Assembly (NCBI GenBank): GCA_046583395.1
Contig: JAYGCK010000079.1
Span: 1 to 63,296 of the forward strand
Length of the DNA stretch: 63,296 bases
Direction: 5' to 3'
Source of the DNA: Deltaproteobacteria bacterium
GTDB lineage: Bacteria > Desulfobacterota > Binatia > UBA1149 > CAYXZP01
In this document: piece by piece, positions 19,088-29,109 of the stretch
Layout of the letters: every line of letters begins with the position of its first letter
Position numbering within the stretch: position 1 is the first letter of the stretch
The notes under the pieces: model-generated
The model's input: the letters and a program-made list of their open reading frames with translations, nothing else
The model's database searches: none
Told to the model about the DNA's origin: nothing
Made by a program: the position numbers and the translations under genes

Positions 19088-19455
19088 CTGGCCGCACTCC
19101 TGAGCAGGAAGACGAGATCGGCCAGGACGTCACCGCCGGCGCCAGTCGGGCCGCGGGCGACCTCGATACGGACCTGATGCAGTCCCGGGAGCCCGGTGGG
19201 CGCTACGTCGCGTTTCCACGAAAAGCGCGCGGCCCTATCATCAATCGCGGTCTGGCCCCGGGTGGTTCCCAGGCTCGGAAAGGCCCCGGTCTTGGCGGTG
19301 GTCGCCAGGCGTGAGGCCAACAGGCCGGCCTCGGTCAGTTCCTGGGTGTCGGCCACCAGCCGCAGGTTGCGTCCGTGGAGGCCGAGCAGGCTGACCATGG
19401 CGACCGCAAGAACGGCCGTTGCGACCAGGACCTCGAGCAGCGTGAAGCCTTTCAT
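19084..19455 (-). CDS. gspI: Minor pseudopilin GspI
   Basis: MKG|FTLLEVLVATAVLA prepilin motif; 123 aa. Confidence 0.85.
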   Translation of the reverse strand: MKGFTLLEVLVATAVLAVAMVSLLGLHGRNLRLVADTQELTEAGLLASRLATTAKTGAFPSLGTTRGQTAIDDRAARFSWKRDVAPTGLPGLHQVRIEVARGPTGAGGDVLADLVFLLRSAAR

Positions 19456-19973
19456 GGCAGGAACTCCACGCGTCCGCTGCGTCCGTTCATCGATAGGCTG
19501 GCGCTGCGGCCCGGTTCGCCTTCAAGAGTCACAAGCAGTTGGCCGATCAAGCCATCGGGCCTGAAATCGATATGCGCTGTTCCGCTGGTGGTACGGACCC
19601 CGCCGGCCTCGACCACGGCGAAACTGACCCCGTCGGGCAAACGGTTGGGCGAGGAGTGCGGGTCCCAGTTGGGCAAAAAGCCCACGGTGGCGGCGCCCTC
19701 TGCGGCCACGGCGTTGAACGCGGACCAGTAACGGTTCTCGTCAAAGTCGAGGGTGAGGCGGTAGACCCTCCCCCTGAGGGAGGCCTCGTCGTGGAGATAG
19801 GAACTCAGGGTGCCGATGCGCCGAAGCGCGCCCTCGAGACGGGTGGCCCCCAGGTCGGGCAGACGCGGGACTAGAAGGGCGGCGATTATGCCTATGATGA
19901 GTATGACAAGGCTCAGCTCGATGAGCGTGAACCCCGCCGGCTCTTTGCCGGGTTCAGAAATCGCGCGAGTCAA
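19452..19973 (-). CDS. gspH: Minor pseudopilin GspH
   Basis: AG|FTLIELSLVILIIG and the C-terminal IDFRPDG. Likely TTG start at 19973 (the track start 20033 lies inside gspG). Confidence 0.8.
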   Translation of the reverse strand: MTRAISEPGKEPAGFTLIELSLVILIIGIIAALLVPRLPDLGATRLEGALRRIGTLSSYLHDEASLRGRVYRLTLDFDENRYWSAFNAVAAEGAATVGFLPNWDPHSSPNRLPDGVSFAVVEAGGVRTTSGTAHIDFRPDGLIGQLLVTLEGEPGRSASLSMNGRSGRVEFLP

Positions 19974-20367
19974 TGTCGGCGTCCACGCCCTCGCCGGCCT
20001 CTTCGCCGTCGGCGCCCAGACTACGCAGGACATAGCTCTTGCCGTCGCTTGCGAATACCAGTTCGTTGCCCCAGGGGTCGCGCGGGACCCGTTCCAGGTA
20101 TCCGTTGTTTCGCCAACGCCTCGGCAGTGGCCGCACGGTCGGTTCTTCGACCAGGGCCACCAGTCCCTGTTCGCTGGTCGGGTAATTACCGGAGTCGAGC
20201 TTGTACAAGGCCAGGCCCCCCTCGATGGCCTTCATGTCGGCCATGGCCATGGTGACCTTGGCCTCGTCGGCGCGGCCGATGATCCGGGGAGCGACCATCG
20301 ACACCAGGAGCCCGAGAATCATCACGACGATGAGGATTTCAAGAAGGGTGAAGCCGCCGCTACGCAC
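19954..20367 (-). CDS. gspG: Major pseudopilin GspG
   Basis: GG|FTLLEILIVV, LYKLDSGNYPTSEQGL, DPWGN, SLGADG, DADI. Confidence 0.95.
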   Translation of the reverse strand: MRSGGFTLLEILIVVMILGLLVSMVAPRIIGRADEAKVTMAMADMKAIEGGLALYKLDSGNYPTSEQGLVALVEEPTVRPLPRRWRNNGYLERVPRDPWGNELVFASDGKSYVLRSLGADGEEAGEGVDADIDSRDF

Positions 20368-20376
20368 CCGGCAATC

Positions 20377-21591
20377 CTAACGAACGAGCTGGTTCATCTC
20401 AAAGATGGGGAGCAGGATGGCCAGTACGACGAACAGCACGACGCCGGCCATGGCTACGACTATGGCCGGCTCGAGCACCGCGGCCGCCATGTCCAGGCGC
20501 AAACGTATCTCTTCGTCGAGGCTATTGGCGGCGCTGTTCAGCATGTTCTCGAGGTCCGAGCTTTTCTCGCCGACCCGTATCATATCGACGGCCATCGGAC
20601 TGAGTACCGCGCTGGCTTCCAGGGACGATGCCAGCGGGCGCCCCTCGGAAATCTCGGTTCGGGCCAGCTCGACCGCATCGGCGAACAGGCCTTGGCCGGC
20701 CGCCGAACGGCAGGCCGCAAGGGCCGCGACCACGGTAACGCCTCCGCCGAGAAGGGTGGCCAAGGTATGTGTCACCCGGGCGGTCTGAACGTCGCGGCTC
20801 AACCTTCCGACCCAGGGGGTGGCAAGTACTACCTTTTCCATTCGTCGTTTGGCGGTTGGGTTGGCCCAGGCCAGGCGTGCGCCGAGGGTGGCGGCTAGCC
20901 CGACCAGGAGCGCGGCCGGTCCGAAAGCGGAGATGGCCTGGCCGAGCGACATCAGCACACGGGTAGGAAGCGGTAGGCCATGCCCAGCCTCGGCGAACAC
21001 GCGGCTGACCTGAGGGACCACATAGGCCAGTAGGAAGGTCACGATTCCGCTACCGATGATGGCCATAATCGCCGGGTAGGCCAGGGCCCCTTGGACCTTG
21101 GCGCGCAGGCGCGCAGCCGATTCGGCGTGGTCGGCGATGCGCAGCAACACCTTGTCGAGGGCCCCGCTGGTCTCACCGGCTTCGACCATGCCGGCGTAGA
21201 TGGGAGGAAAGACGGCCGGCATGGTCGACATCGCCTGAGCCAGACCGGCGCCCTCGACAATCTGGGCGCGAAGGGTAGTAAGCGAGGCCTGCATCCGTGG
21301 CCGCATCCCGCGTGTCAGTAGCGAGTCGAGGGCCTCGACGACCGGCCAGCCGGCCGCCAACAGGGTGGCCAGTTGACGCAAGGTGCGTCCGAGCTCGGCC
21401 GCCCCCACGCTTTGTCCGGGCCTGCGGACCGCGAGGCCGGCCCGGCCTGATGCCGCCGCCTCGTGGAGCTCGGACGCGAAGACCGAGCGTTCCCTGAGCC
21501 GGGCCCGTGCGGCGCGCGGGCTCTCGGCCTCCACGGTGCCGCTGACGTTACGCCCGGAAGCGGCCACACCTTTGTATGCGTAGGACGGCAA
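20377..21591 (-). CDS. gspF: Type II secretion inner-membrane platform protein GspF
   Basis: MPSYAYKG, RQLATLLAAG, GETSGALD, ALAYP, GEKSSDL, LEPAIVV, ILLPIF. Confidence 0.95.
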   Translation of the reverse strand: MPSYAYKGVAASGRNVSGTVEAESPRAARARLRERSVFASELHEAAASGRAGLAVRRPGQSVGAAELGRTLRQLATLLAAGWPVVEALDSLLTRGMRPRMQASLTTLRAQIVEGAGLAQAMSTMPAVFPPIYAGMVEAGETSGALDKVLLRIADHAESAARLRAKVQGALAYPAIMAIIGSGIVTFLLAYVVPQVSRVFAEAGHGLPLPTRVLMSLGQAISAFGPAALLVGLAATLGARLAWANPTAKRRMEKVVLATPWVGRLSRDVQTARVTHTLATLLGGGVTVVAALAACRSAAGQGLFADAVELARTEISEGRPLASSLEASAVLSPMAVDMIRVGEKSSDLENMLNSAANSLDEEIRLRLDMAAAVLEPAIVVAMAGVVLFVVLAILLPIFEMNQLVR

Positions 21592-21601
21592 GGTCGGGCG
21601 G

Positions 21602-23371
21602 TCAGCCGGTGTCCTCGGTGGTCACCCGCAAGACCTCGGCGACCGAGGTCAGGCCACTTCGTGCCTTGGCGGCACCTTCGGCACGCATGGTCGGCATTCC
21701 ACGTGCGACCGAGAGTTCTTCGAGGGTGCGCGCATCGGTACGTTCCATGATGTAGGGCCGGATGGTGTCGTCGATGGGGAGTATCTCGTGGATTGACGTG
21801 CGGCCGTGGTAGCCCGTGCCGCGACACCCGTCACAACCATCGCCGGCCCGTCTTAGTCCGCTGTTGTCGCCGAGCAAGTAGCCCACGCCGAGTTCGGCCA
21901 AGCCGCTTTCCTCGGCCGTGGTCGGTTGGCTGCAGGAGGGGCACAGACGCCGGACCAGACGTTGGGCCACTATTCCGGCGACCGATGAGGACACCAGGAA
22001 GGGTTCGACGTCCATATCGAGAAGCCGTGTTACCGCACTGAATGCGTCGTTGGTGTGTAGCGTGCTCATTACCAGATGACCGGTCATTGCGGCCTGTATG
22101 GCTATTCGCGCGGTCTCGGTATCGCGAATCTCGCCGACCATAATCACGTCGGGGTCCTGGCGTAGCACCGAGCGCAGGCCGCCGGCGAAATCGAGGTCGA
22201 TCTTCGGGTTGACCTGTATCTGACCGATGCCGCGCAACTGGTACTCGACCGGGTCCTCGATGGTTATGATGTTCTTCTCGGGCGAGTTGATCTCCGACAG
22301 GGCCGCATAAAGCGTGGTGGTCTTGCCGCTTCCGGTCGGTCCGGTCACCAGCAGGATGCCGTGACTTTGGCGAATCATCCGGCGAAGTGTGGTCAAGTTG
22401 TCGCCCGCGAACCCGAGCTCGGTAAGGCCGAGAAGCGTTGCGCTACGGTCGAGCAAGCGCATGACCACGCGTTCGCCGAAGGTGGTCGGGATGGTCGATA
22501 CGCGCACATCGAGTTCTCTGGTGGCCACCCGGGCGCGGATGCCGCCGTCCTGGGGGAGTCGCTTCTCGGCGATATCCATGCCCGCCATGACCTTGATGCG
22601 CGAGACCATGGCGGCGTGGATGCGGCGGTCGGGCGCGAGCATCTCCACCAACATTCCGTCGATACGCATGCGGACCGAGGAGTTCCGTTCGTAGGGCTCT
22701 ATGTGAATATCGCTGGCACGGTCTTTGGCGGCCTTGAACAAGAGCGAGTTGACCAAGCGTATGATGGGGGCCTCGTCGTCGGCCTCGAGCAGGTCGGGCA
22801 CCTCGAGCGCGCCGGCGTCGAGGATGAAGGCGTCGGCCTCGGCAATCTCGTCTATTACGTCCGCGGACAGCGTCGCGGCACGGTCGAATGCACGGTCGAT
22901 ACCTTGGGCCAATGCCGGGGCCGGGACGACGATTGGATCGATGTCGAGGCCGTAGAGTGCGCGCAGGTCGTCGAAGGGTCCCGGGGCCAGCGGGTCCGAG
23001 GTCGCCACCGATACGCGTTCCTCGTCGGCGTTTATCGGAAGAATCCGGTTGCGCCGGCAGTATCCGATCGTGAGCGGTTCGAGCACCTGGGGCTGTAGAG
23101 CGTCGTCGTCTATGTCGGCCACAAAGGGGAGCCCGGTTCGTTCGGCAAGCAGTGCGGCAAAACGTGCCTGAGACAGACCGGAAACCTTTTCTATGCTCGC
23201 AGCCAGGTCACCGTCCGAGCTGCGCCGGGCCTCCGATATCTGTTCGGCGCTCAGGCCGGCGCGCAAAAGGAGATTATCGACGGTGCTGTCGCTCGTCTCG
23301 CTCACGGCCTCACGGGCGCTCACCGGACGGGGGGTCGGCAGGCCAGAGCGGGAAGCGCTCGGCCGCGTCAT
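21602..23371 (-). CDS. gspE: Type II secretion ATPase GspE
   Basis: ASDIHIEP, RLPQDG, Walker A GPTGSGKTTT, EDPVEY, LRQDPDVIMVGEIRD, Cys motif CPSC...CDGC. Confidence 0.96.
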   Translation of the reverse strand: MTRPSASRSGLPTPRPVSAREAVSETSDSTVDNLLLRAGLSAEQISEARRSSDGDLAASIEKVSGLSQARFAALLAERTGLPFVADIDDDALQPQVLEPLTIGYCRRNRILPINADEERVSVATSDPLAPGPFDDLRALYGLDIDPIVVPAPALAQGIDRAFDRAATLSADVIDEIAEADAFILDAGALEVPDLLEADDEAPIIRLVNSLLFKAAKDRASDIHIEPYERNSSVRMRIDGMLVEMLAPDRRIHAAMVSRIKVMAGMDIAEKRLPQDGGIRARVATRELDVRVSTIPTTFGERVVMRLLDRSATLLGLTELGFAGDNLTTLRRMIRQSHGILLVTGPTGSGKTTTLYAALSEINSPEKNIITIEDPVEYQLRGIGQIQVNPKIDLDFAGGLRSVLRQDPDVIMVGEIRDTETARIAIQAAMTGHLVMSTLHTNDAFSAVTRLLDMDVEPFLVSSSVAGIVAQRLVRRLCPSCSQPTTAEESGLAELGVGYLLGDNSGLRRAGDGCDGCRGTGYHGRTSIHEILPIDDTIRPYIMERTDARTLEELSVARGMPTMRAEGAAKARSGLTSVAEVLRVTTEDTG

Positions 23372-25304
23372 CGTCTTCGTCGAGGTCCTCGAGCGCGGGC
23401 GCGCGTCCGGGGCTTGCGTCTCGGCGGGGTTGGCCGGAGGGAACCGCCTGACGGAAGCGTCCCTCGAGCCGCTTCGACGAGGCCTCGAGTGCGGCGGCGC
23501 TACGGATGATGTGGGGGGTCAGGAAGACGACCAGGTTGACCTTTGAGTTTCTGTCGGAGTCGGCGCGGAACAAACGGCCGATAAAGGGCAGGTCGCCTAG
23601 TATCGGGACCTTGGCCGTGCGCCGGGTCACGGCATCGCTTATGAGCCCTCCAATGATCGCGGTACGGCCGTTGTGGACACTGACGGTAGTGGACGCTGAG
23701 CGCACGGTCGTAGTGGGACCGACCAGGGATTCGTCGAGCACGGCGCTGGGTACTACGCTCGAGACCTCCTGGTGCACCTCGAGGATGACCGTGTCGGCCT
23801 CGCCGACCTGCGGCTTGATGCGTAACTTTATTCCCACATCGTGGCGTTCCACCGTTGTAAAGACATTGCTCACGGCCGAAAGGTCCACACCGCGACCGGT
23901 GATGAAGGGCACGTTCTCACCTACGATAATCTCGGCCTCCTGGTTGTCGAGCGTGAGCAAGGTCGGTGCCGACAGCACTTCGATGTCGGTGTCGGTGGCA
24001 AGGGCCTGAAACAGGGCGACCTGTGCGGACACCTCGGTTCCGTCGGGCAGCACCACGGTGCGGTCGCTGGTCGCGGCAAGGATGAGCCCGGCGAGGCTGG
24101 CCGGGTTCGACATGGCCGCGTTGAGATTGGCCAGGCTTGCTCGCCCGATGGCCACTCCGTTGCCTACATCGCCGCCGGTCTGGAACTCAAAGCCCACCTC
24201 TTGCGAGCGGTCCACCGAAATCTCGGCGATGATGGCCTCGACCAGCACTTGCGGCCTTTCTATGTCGAGGCGGGCCAAGAGTCCGGCGATGGTCTTGTAG
24301 TCCTGCGAGGAAGCGCTGATGATTACGGCATTGGTGGCGGGGTCGGACGTCATGGCTACCTCGTCGGCCAGGCCCGCCGTGGCGCCCGCCACCGAGGTGC
24401 TCTTTCCCTTGGTCTGGACCCTGCGGTTGGAGACGACCAGGCCCGAGAGCACGTTGACCAGTTCTTTGGCGTCCGCGTGCTTGGCGTAATAGACGTGAAG
24501 CCGTTCGTCGCCTGGGGCCAGCGGGCGGTCGAGTCCTTCGACCAGCCGCTGTATCCGGTGTGTGTCGGCCGGTGCCGCCACCACGACCAGCGAGTTGGTC
24601 CTTTCGTCGGGGACTATCCTCATGCGCCGCTCGTCCTTGGCGGCCTTGTCCGAGTCGGACCAGAGTATCTTTTGCAGTTCGGCGGCCAGAACGCCGGCAT
24701 TGGCGTGGGCCAAGGCGATGACCTCCACCTGTTCCTCGTGTCCGGGAACATCGAGGGTGGCCACGATGGCCGCCATGCGCGCGACATTGTTGGCCAGGTC
24801 GCTGACGATGAGCGTGTTGCTGGGTCCGTAGGGCAGCAAGGAGCCGTCCTTGGAAACGAGCGGGGACAGGGTCTTGGCGATATCTTCGGCGCCAATGTGG
24901 TCCAAGGGGATGAGCCGTGTGGTAAATCCGACTGCGCGAGGTCCCTTCGAAATTACCGAGCCGCCGGCTGTGCGCGCGTCCTTGATTGGTACAATGCGTA
25001 TGAGCACACCGTCATCGACCGTGGTCAGTCCCCGTACCGCCAATGCGGACTCGAGCACGGCGAAGGCCTCGTCTACGCTAACCGGGGTGGGGGAGATGAC
25101 GGTCACATAACCGGCCACCTTCTCGGCGAACACGAAGTTACGCCCGGTGGCCTTGCTTATGAACTTGACGAACACGGGCAGTTCGACCTTGTCGAAGTTG
25201 ATGGTCAAACCGCCGTCGCCGGCAGCCCGGCCGGTGGCCGCGGGACCGACGAGCAGTAGGCTCAGGAGGAACACGAAGAGCAGGATTTTGTGTGGTGTGG
25301 GCAC
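23310..25304 (-). CDS. gspD: Secretin GspD
   Basis: Signal peptide, N0 domain INFDKVELPVFVK, repeated N domains, QVLVEAIIAEI, LSAPTLLTLDNQEA, KVPILGDLPFIGRLF. Likely GTG start at 25304. Confidence 0.95.
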   Translation of the reverse strand: MPTPHKILLFVFLLSLLLVGPAATGRAAGDGGLTINFDKVELPVFVKFISKATGRNFVFAEKVAGYVTVISPTPVSVDEAFAVLESALAVRGLTTVDDGVLIRIVPIKDARTAGGSVISKGPRAVGFTTRLIPLDHIGAEDIAKTLSPLVSKDGSLLPYGPSNTLIVSDLANNVARMAAIVATLDVPGHEEQVEVIALAHANAGVLAAELQKILWSDSDKAAKDERRMRIVPDERTNSLVVVAAPADTHRIQRLVEGLDRPLAPGDERLHVYYAKHADAKELVNVLSGLVVSNRRVQTKGKSTSVAGATAGLADEVAMTSDPATNAVIISASSQDYKTIAGLLARLDIERPQVLVEAIIAEISVDRSQEVGFEFQTGGDVGNGVAIGRASLANLNAAMSNPASLAGLILAATSDRTVVLPDGTEVSAQVALFQALATDTDIEVLSAPTLLTLDNQEAEIIVGENVPFITGRGVDLSAVSNVFTTVERHDVGIKLRIKPQVGEADTVILEVHQEVSSVVPSAVLDESLVGPTTTVRSASTTVSVHNGRTAIIGGLISDAVTRRTAKVPILGDLPFIGRLFRADSDRNSKVNLVVFLTPHIIRSAAALEASSKRLEGRFRQAVPSGQPRRDASPGRAPALEDLDEDDDAAERFPLWPADPPSGERP

Positions 25305-25311
25305 TGCGTGG

Positions 25312-26175
25312 TTACCGGATGTCGTAAATGAGGGTCGTGGGCTTGTTCTTTCGTAGAAGGTCAACGGTCAACCGGTCGGCCGTGCGTAGGTCTTCCAGCA
25401 TGGCCAGGGCCTTGGACGGTTCGTCGAGGGCCACGCCGTTGACGCTCTGGACGACATCGCCGTTGGCTAGCCCCATGCGGTCTATCACGGAACCGGGGCG
25501 GATGTTGAAGATTCTGAACCCGAGGCTTTTGCCGTCCTTTATCAGGGGCACGGCACGCAGTTCGGTCACCACCTTGTTGAGGTTGTCGATGGAGTGGTCG
25601 ACCTCGCGGCGGTCGACCAAAAAGCGGCCCGGAGCGGTGTTGCGAATCGCGCCGGTGGCACCGGTGCTGGGAGCTCGGGCGGCCGCGTTCTCTAACTCGA
25701 TCGTGTAGCGGCGTCCGGCGGCTACCACGACCACGGCCGAGTCGCGTACTTCGACCAGTTCAGGGCCGTCGAATATGCGCTCGCCGAGGCTGAACACGTC
25801 CTGACGCTTGCTGCCGCTTTCCTGGAACACTGCGTATCGTACCGCACCCGATGCCGCGGTGCCTCGAAGAATCAGCTCGGGCACGACCTCGGCGGCTGCT
25901 ATATCGACCGCGCTGCCACCGTCGTCGGCTGCCGGGGCCGGCTCGGAGCCGAACAGGTTGCGGCGCAATATAGCGGAGGTGTCACCGGCAGTGGCGCTGG
26001 CCGCCGCTGCCGCAACCGGGGTAGAGCGGTGGACGGGCGGTTCGTCGGGCATGCTCGATTCGAGCCACAGTGCGATGCCTGAATTGGAGGCTAGCGCGAC
26101 CGAGTAGGCGGTAAGTGCCATCAGTGCGACGCGCGCGGTGGCTGCGGCGCGTCTGAACAGGGCCCGCTGCCGCAC
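25312..26175 (-). CDS. gspC: Type II secretion system protein GspC with PDZ domain
   Basis: N-terminal TM, HR domain LILRGT...YAVF, PDZ GFRIFNIRPGSVIDRMGLANGDVV. Confidence 0.9.
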   Translation of the reverse strand: MRQRALFRRAAATARVALMALTAYSVALASNSGIALWLESSMPDEPPVHRSTPVAAAAASATAGDTSAILRRNLFGSEPAPAADDGGSAVDIAAAEVVPELILRGTAASGAVRYAVFQESGSKRQDVFSLGERIFDGPELVEVRDSAVVVVAAGRRYTIELENAAARAPSTGATGAIRNTAPGRFLVDRREVDHSIDNLNKVVTELRAVPLIKDGKSLGFRIFNIRPGSVIDRMGLANGDVVQSVNGVALDEPSKALAMLEDLRTADRLTVDLLRKNKPTTLIYDIR

Positions 26176-26183
26176 GGCCGCCG

Positions 26184-26212
26184 AGCCTAGGGAAATCCCC
26201 CCAGCAATTCAA
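26184..26212 (-). promoter_or_regulatory. Candidate sigma70 promoter of the gsp operon
   Basis: TTGAAT (26212-26207)-17 nt-TAGGCT (26189-26184). The predicted +1 falls 1-3 nt before the gspC GTG. Confidence 0.45.
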
Positions 26213-26243
26213 CCGCTTGGGGAGCGCCGGCTGCTTACCCCGG

Positions 26244-26272
26244 TTGACCTCATGTAGGGGGCGAGTTAGACA
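26244..26272 (+). promoter_or_regulatory. Candidate sigma70 promoter of the lysS-lol-bam-lpx operon
   Basis: TTGACC-17 nt-TAGACA; the -10 is weak. Confidence 0.3.
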
Positions 26273-26312
26273 GGCCAACGCCAGCGGCCGCCCGGCCGCG
26301 CCCCCTCATCAA

Positions 26313-27848
26313 GTGACCGGCCGTGGTGCAGACAAGGATGCGCAACAGGCCGGCGGTAGCGATAGCCCGGTAGAGACCGAACAGGTCGAGGCCCGCCTGG
26401 CAAAGTTGGCCAAGCTCGGCGAACTCCGGGAACAGGTCTACCCCAACGATTTCACCCCCGATACCACGACGGCCGGGCTCATCGCAGAGCTCGGCCAGCT
26501 CGATGGCGACGAGTTGGAATCCCGTAGCGGGACCTACCGCTTGGCCGGCAGGGTGATGGCCGTGCGTGATTTCGGCAAGACCTCCTTCTTGTCACTGAGG
26601 GACGCCAGCGGCGCCTTGCAGGTCTACGTTCGCCGCAAGGATCTCGAGGCCGGTGATGCCGAACAGATGGGCTGCCTGGACACCGGCGATATCGTCGGTT
26701 GTCAGGGGCCGGTGTTCAGGACCCGCACCGGGGAGCTGACGTTGCGGGCCGACAAGCTGGTCCTGCTGGCAAAATGTCTGAGGCCTTTGCCGGAGAAATG
26801 GCACGGGTTGACCGACGTCGAGACCCGCTATCGCCGCCGCTATCTCGACCTCATCGTCAACGAAGAGGCCCGCCAGCGGTTCATGCTTCGCACGGCGATA
26901 GTCGGCGCGGTTCGTGAGTTCCTTGCGGGGCGGGGGTTCGTCGAGGTCGAGACGCCGATGATGCAGGCTCTGGCCGGGGGCGCTGCGGCCAAGCCGTTCG
27001 TCACCCATCACAACGCCCTGTCCACCGACCTGCACCTGCGTGTGGCCCCCGAACTCTACCTCAAGCGCCTGGTGGTCGGTGGTTTCGAAAAGGTCTTCGA
27101 GCTCAACCGCAACTTTCGCAACGAGGGACTATCGACCGAACACAACCCCGAGTTCACGATGTGTGAGTTCTACCAGACCTACGCCACCTACGAAGACCTC
27201 ATGTCGCTAACCGAGGAGCTGTTCGCCAGCCTCTCGGAGGTGGTGGGCACGAGCAAGGTCGTACAGGGCGAACACGAGATAGATTTGGGCGCCCCCTTCG
27301 AGCGCATGACGATGGCCGAGGCCGTGGCCAAGCACAGCCGTCTCTCGGCCACACAGGCAACCGACCTCGGCGAACTCGAGGCATTGGCCGACGAGTTCGA
27401 GATAGACCCGGACAAACGCAGTCCGGGGCTCGGGTTGCTCGCCGACCTGTTCGAACGAACCGCCGAACCGCATCTCATACAACCGACCTTCATCACGGGT
27501 TTTCCGGTGGAGGTCTCACCGCTGGCCCGCGCTAGCGATAATCAGCCCGGGTTCGTCGATCGTTTCGAGCTCTTCGCCGGCGGCCGCGAGTTAGCCAACG
27601 GATTTTCCGAACTCAACGACCCGGCCGAACAGAAGGCGCGCTTCCTGGAACAGTTGCGGCTGCGCGAGGCCGGCGACGATGAGGCCCATGCCATGGACGA
27701 GGACTTCGTCCGTGCGCTCGAATACGGCATGCCGCCGACCGCCGGTGAGGGGATAGGCATCGACCGTGTGGTCATGCTCCTTACCGGGACCACATCGATA
27801 CGTGACGTAATCCTCTTCCCGCAGATGCGGCCGGGCGGCAGGCGCTAG
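26313..27848 (+). CDS. lysS: Lysyl-tRNA synthetase (class II)
   Basis: LRPLPEKWHGLTDVETRYRRRYLDLI, FVEVETPMM, RNFRNEG...HNPEFT, RFELF, YGMPPTAGEGIGIDR. Start uncertain (GTG 26313 preferred over track TTG 26217). Confidence 0.97.
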   Translation: MTGRGADKDAQQAGGSDSPVETEQVEARLAKLAKLGELREQVYPNDFTPDTTTAGLIAELGQLDGDELESRSGTYRLAGRVMAVRDFGKTSFLSLRDASGALQVYVRRKDLEAGDAEQMGCLDTGDIVGCQGPVFRTRTGELTLRADKLVLLAKCLRPLPEKWHGLTDVETRYRRRYLDLIVNEEARQRFMLRTAIVGAVREFLAGRGFVEVETPMMQALAGGAAAKPFVTHHNALSTDLHLRVAPELYLKRLVVGGFEKVFELNRNFRNEGLSTEHNPEFTMCEFYQTYATYEDLMSLTEELFASLSEVVGTSKVVQGEHEIDLGAPFERMTMAEAVAKHSRLSATQATDLGELEALADEFEIDPDKRSPGLGLLADLFERTAEPHLIQPTFITGFPVEVSPLARASDNQPGFVDRFELFAGGRELANGFSELNDPAEQKARFLEQLRLREAGDDEAHAMDEDFVRALEYGMPPTAGEGIGIDRVVMLLTGTTSIRDVILFPQMRPGGRR

Positions 27849-27864
27849 GTCGGAGCACCGGAGT

Positions 27865-29109
27865 ATGTCCTGGGAGCTTTTCGCCGGGATGCGCTACTTG
27901 CGTTCCAGGCGCCGTGAGGCCTTCGTCTCGGTCATAACCGCGATTTCGGTGATGAGCGTACTGGTCGGCGTGATGGTGCTGACCGTGGTGCTGGCCGTAA
28001 TGACCGGGTTCGAGGAGGACCTGCGTGACCGTATCCTCGGGCTCCATCCGCATCTGCGCGTGACCAGCCCGTTCGGCGGTTCGGTCGAGCCCGAACTCGA
28101 CCGCCTGTTGGCCGAGGTCGGCGGGCACCAGGACGTGGTCGAGGCCGCTCCCGTACTCGGCGGACAGTACATGGTGCGCTCGGGTGAGGCGATGGCCGGT
28201 GTATACGGCCGCGGCGTGGACCCGGCGCGCAACGGCAGCACCTCGGGGGTCGCGCCATTCGTGGTCGAGGGTGCGGCGGCTGCACTTGCCGGCCGCCACA
28301 GTTTCAAGGGAGCGATGCTCCCCGGCCTTATGATCGGCCGTGAACTAGGCCGGCGTTTGGGTCTCGAGCTAGGCGACGTGGTGACCCTGATGGCCCCCGG
28401 TGCCAGCCCGAGTCCGCTCGGACTTTTGCCCAGGAGCAAACGTTTTGTGGTCGTGGCCGTCTATGACTCGGGGATGGCCGAATACGATGCCGGATTGGTC
28501 TATCTCAACATCGACGATGCCGGCCGTCTGCTGGGGGAGGGCGGCGGGCAAAAGGGCATAGAGGCCACCACGACGGACCCCTATCAGGCACCCAGGATAG
28601 CGCGTGAGCTCAACGCCGCGCTCGGGATGCCCTATTGGGTGGAGAGTTGGACCGAGGTCCATCGTAACGTGTTCGAGGCCCTGGCCTTGGAGAAGACGGT
28701 CTACTTCTTGGTGCTGATGCTCATCGTCCTGGTGTCCGCGTTCACGATAGTGGCATCCCTTTATATGGTCGTGATGGAGAAACGGCGCGACATCGCCGTG
28801 CTCAAGGCCATGGGCGCAGCCGACGGCAGCGTGGCACGTATCTTTCTCTACAAAGGTCTGGCGGTCGGTCTGTTCGGCACCGTGGCGGGCGTGCTGTTCG
28901 GGTACCTCCTTTGTTTGGGCCTCGACCGCTATGAGTTCATCGACCTGCCGACCGGCGTGTTCTACGTATCGACCCTGCCGGTGCGCATAGTGCCCGGCAA
29001 CTTTATAGTAGTCGCCGCCGCTTCGTTCTTGGTTTGCCTGGCGGCCTGTCTGTTCCCGGCCTGGAAGGCGGCGCGTGTCGTGCCGGCCGATGTGCTTCGT
29101 TATGAGTAA
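27865..29109 (+). CDS. lolE: Lipoprotein-releasing ABC transporter permease (single LolC/E/F-type subunit)
   Basis: RYLRSRRREAFVS, VMTGFEEDLRDRILG, MVVMEKRRDIAVLKAMGA, PAWKAA. Adjacent to lolD. Confidence 0.92.
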   Translation: MSWELFAGMRYLRSRRREAFVSVITAISVMSVLVGVMVLTVVLAVMTGFEEDLRDRILGLHPHLRVTSPFGGSVEPELDRLLAEVGGHQDVVEAAPVLGGQYMVRSGEAMAGVYGRGVDPARNGSTSGVAPFVVEGAAAALAGRHSFKGAMLPGLMIGRELGRRLGLELGDVVTLMAPGASPSPLGLLPRSKRFVVVAVYDSGMAEYDAGLVYLNIDDAGRLLGEGGGQKGIEATTTDPYQAPRIARELNAALGMPYWVESWTEVHRNVFEALALEKTVYFLVLMLIVLVSAFTIVASLYMVVMEKRRDIAVLKAMGAADGSVARIFLYKGLAVGLFGTVAGVLFGYLLCLGLDRYEFIDLPTGVFYVSTLPVRIVPGNFIVVAAASFLVCLAACLFPAWKAARVVPADVLRYE

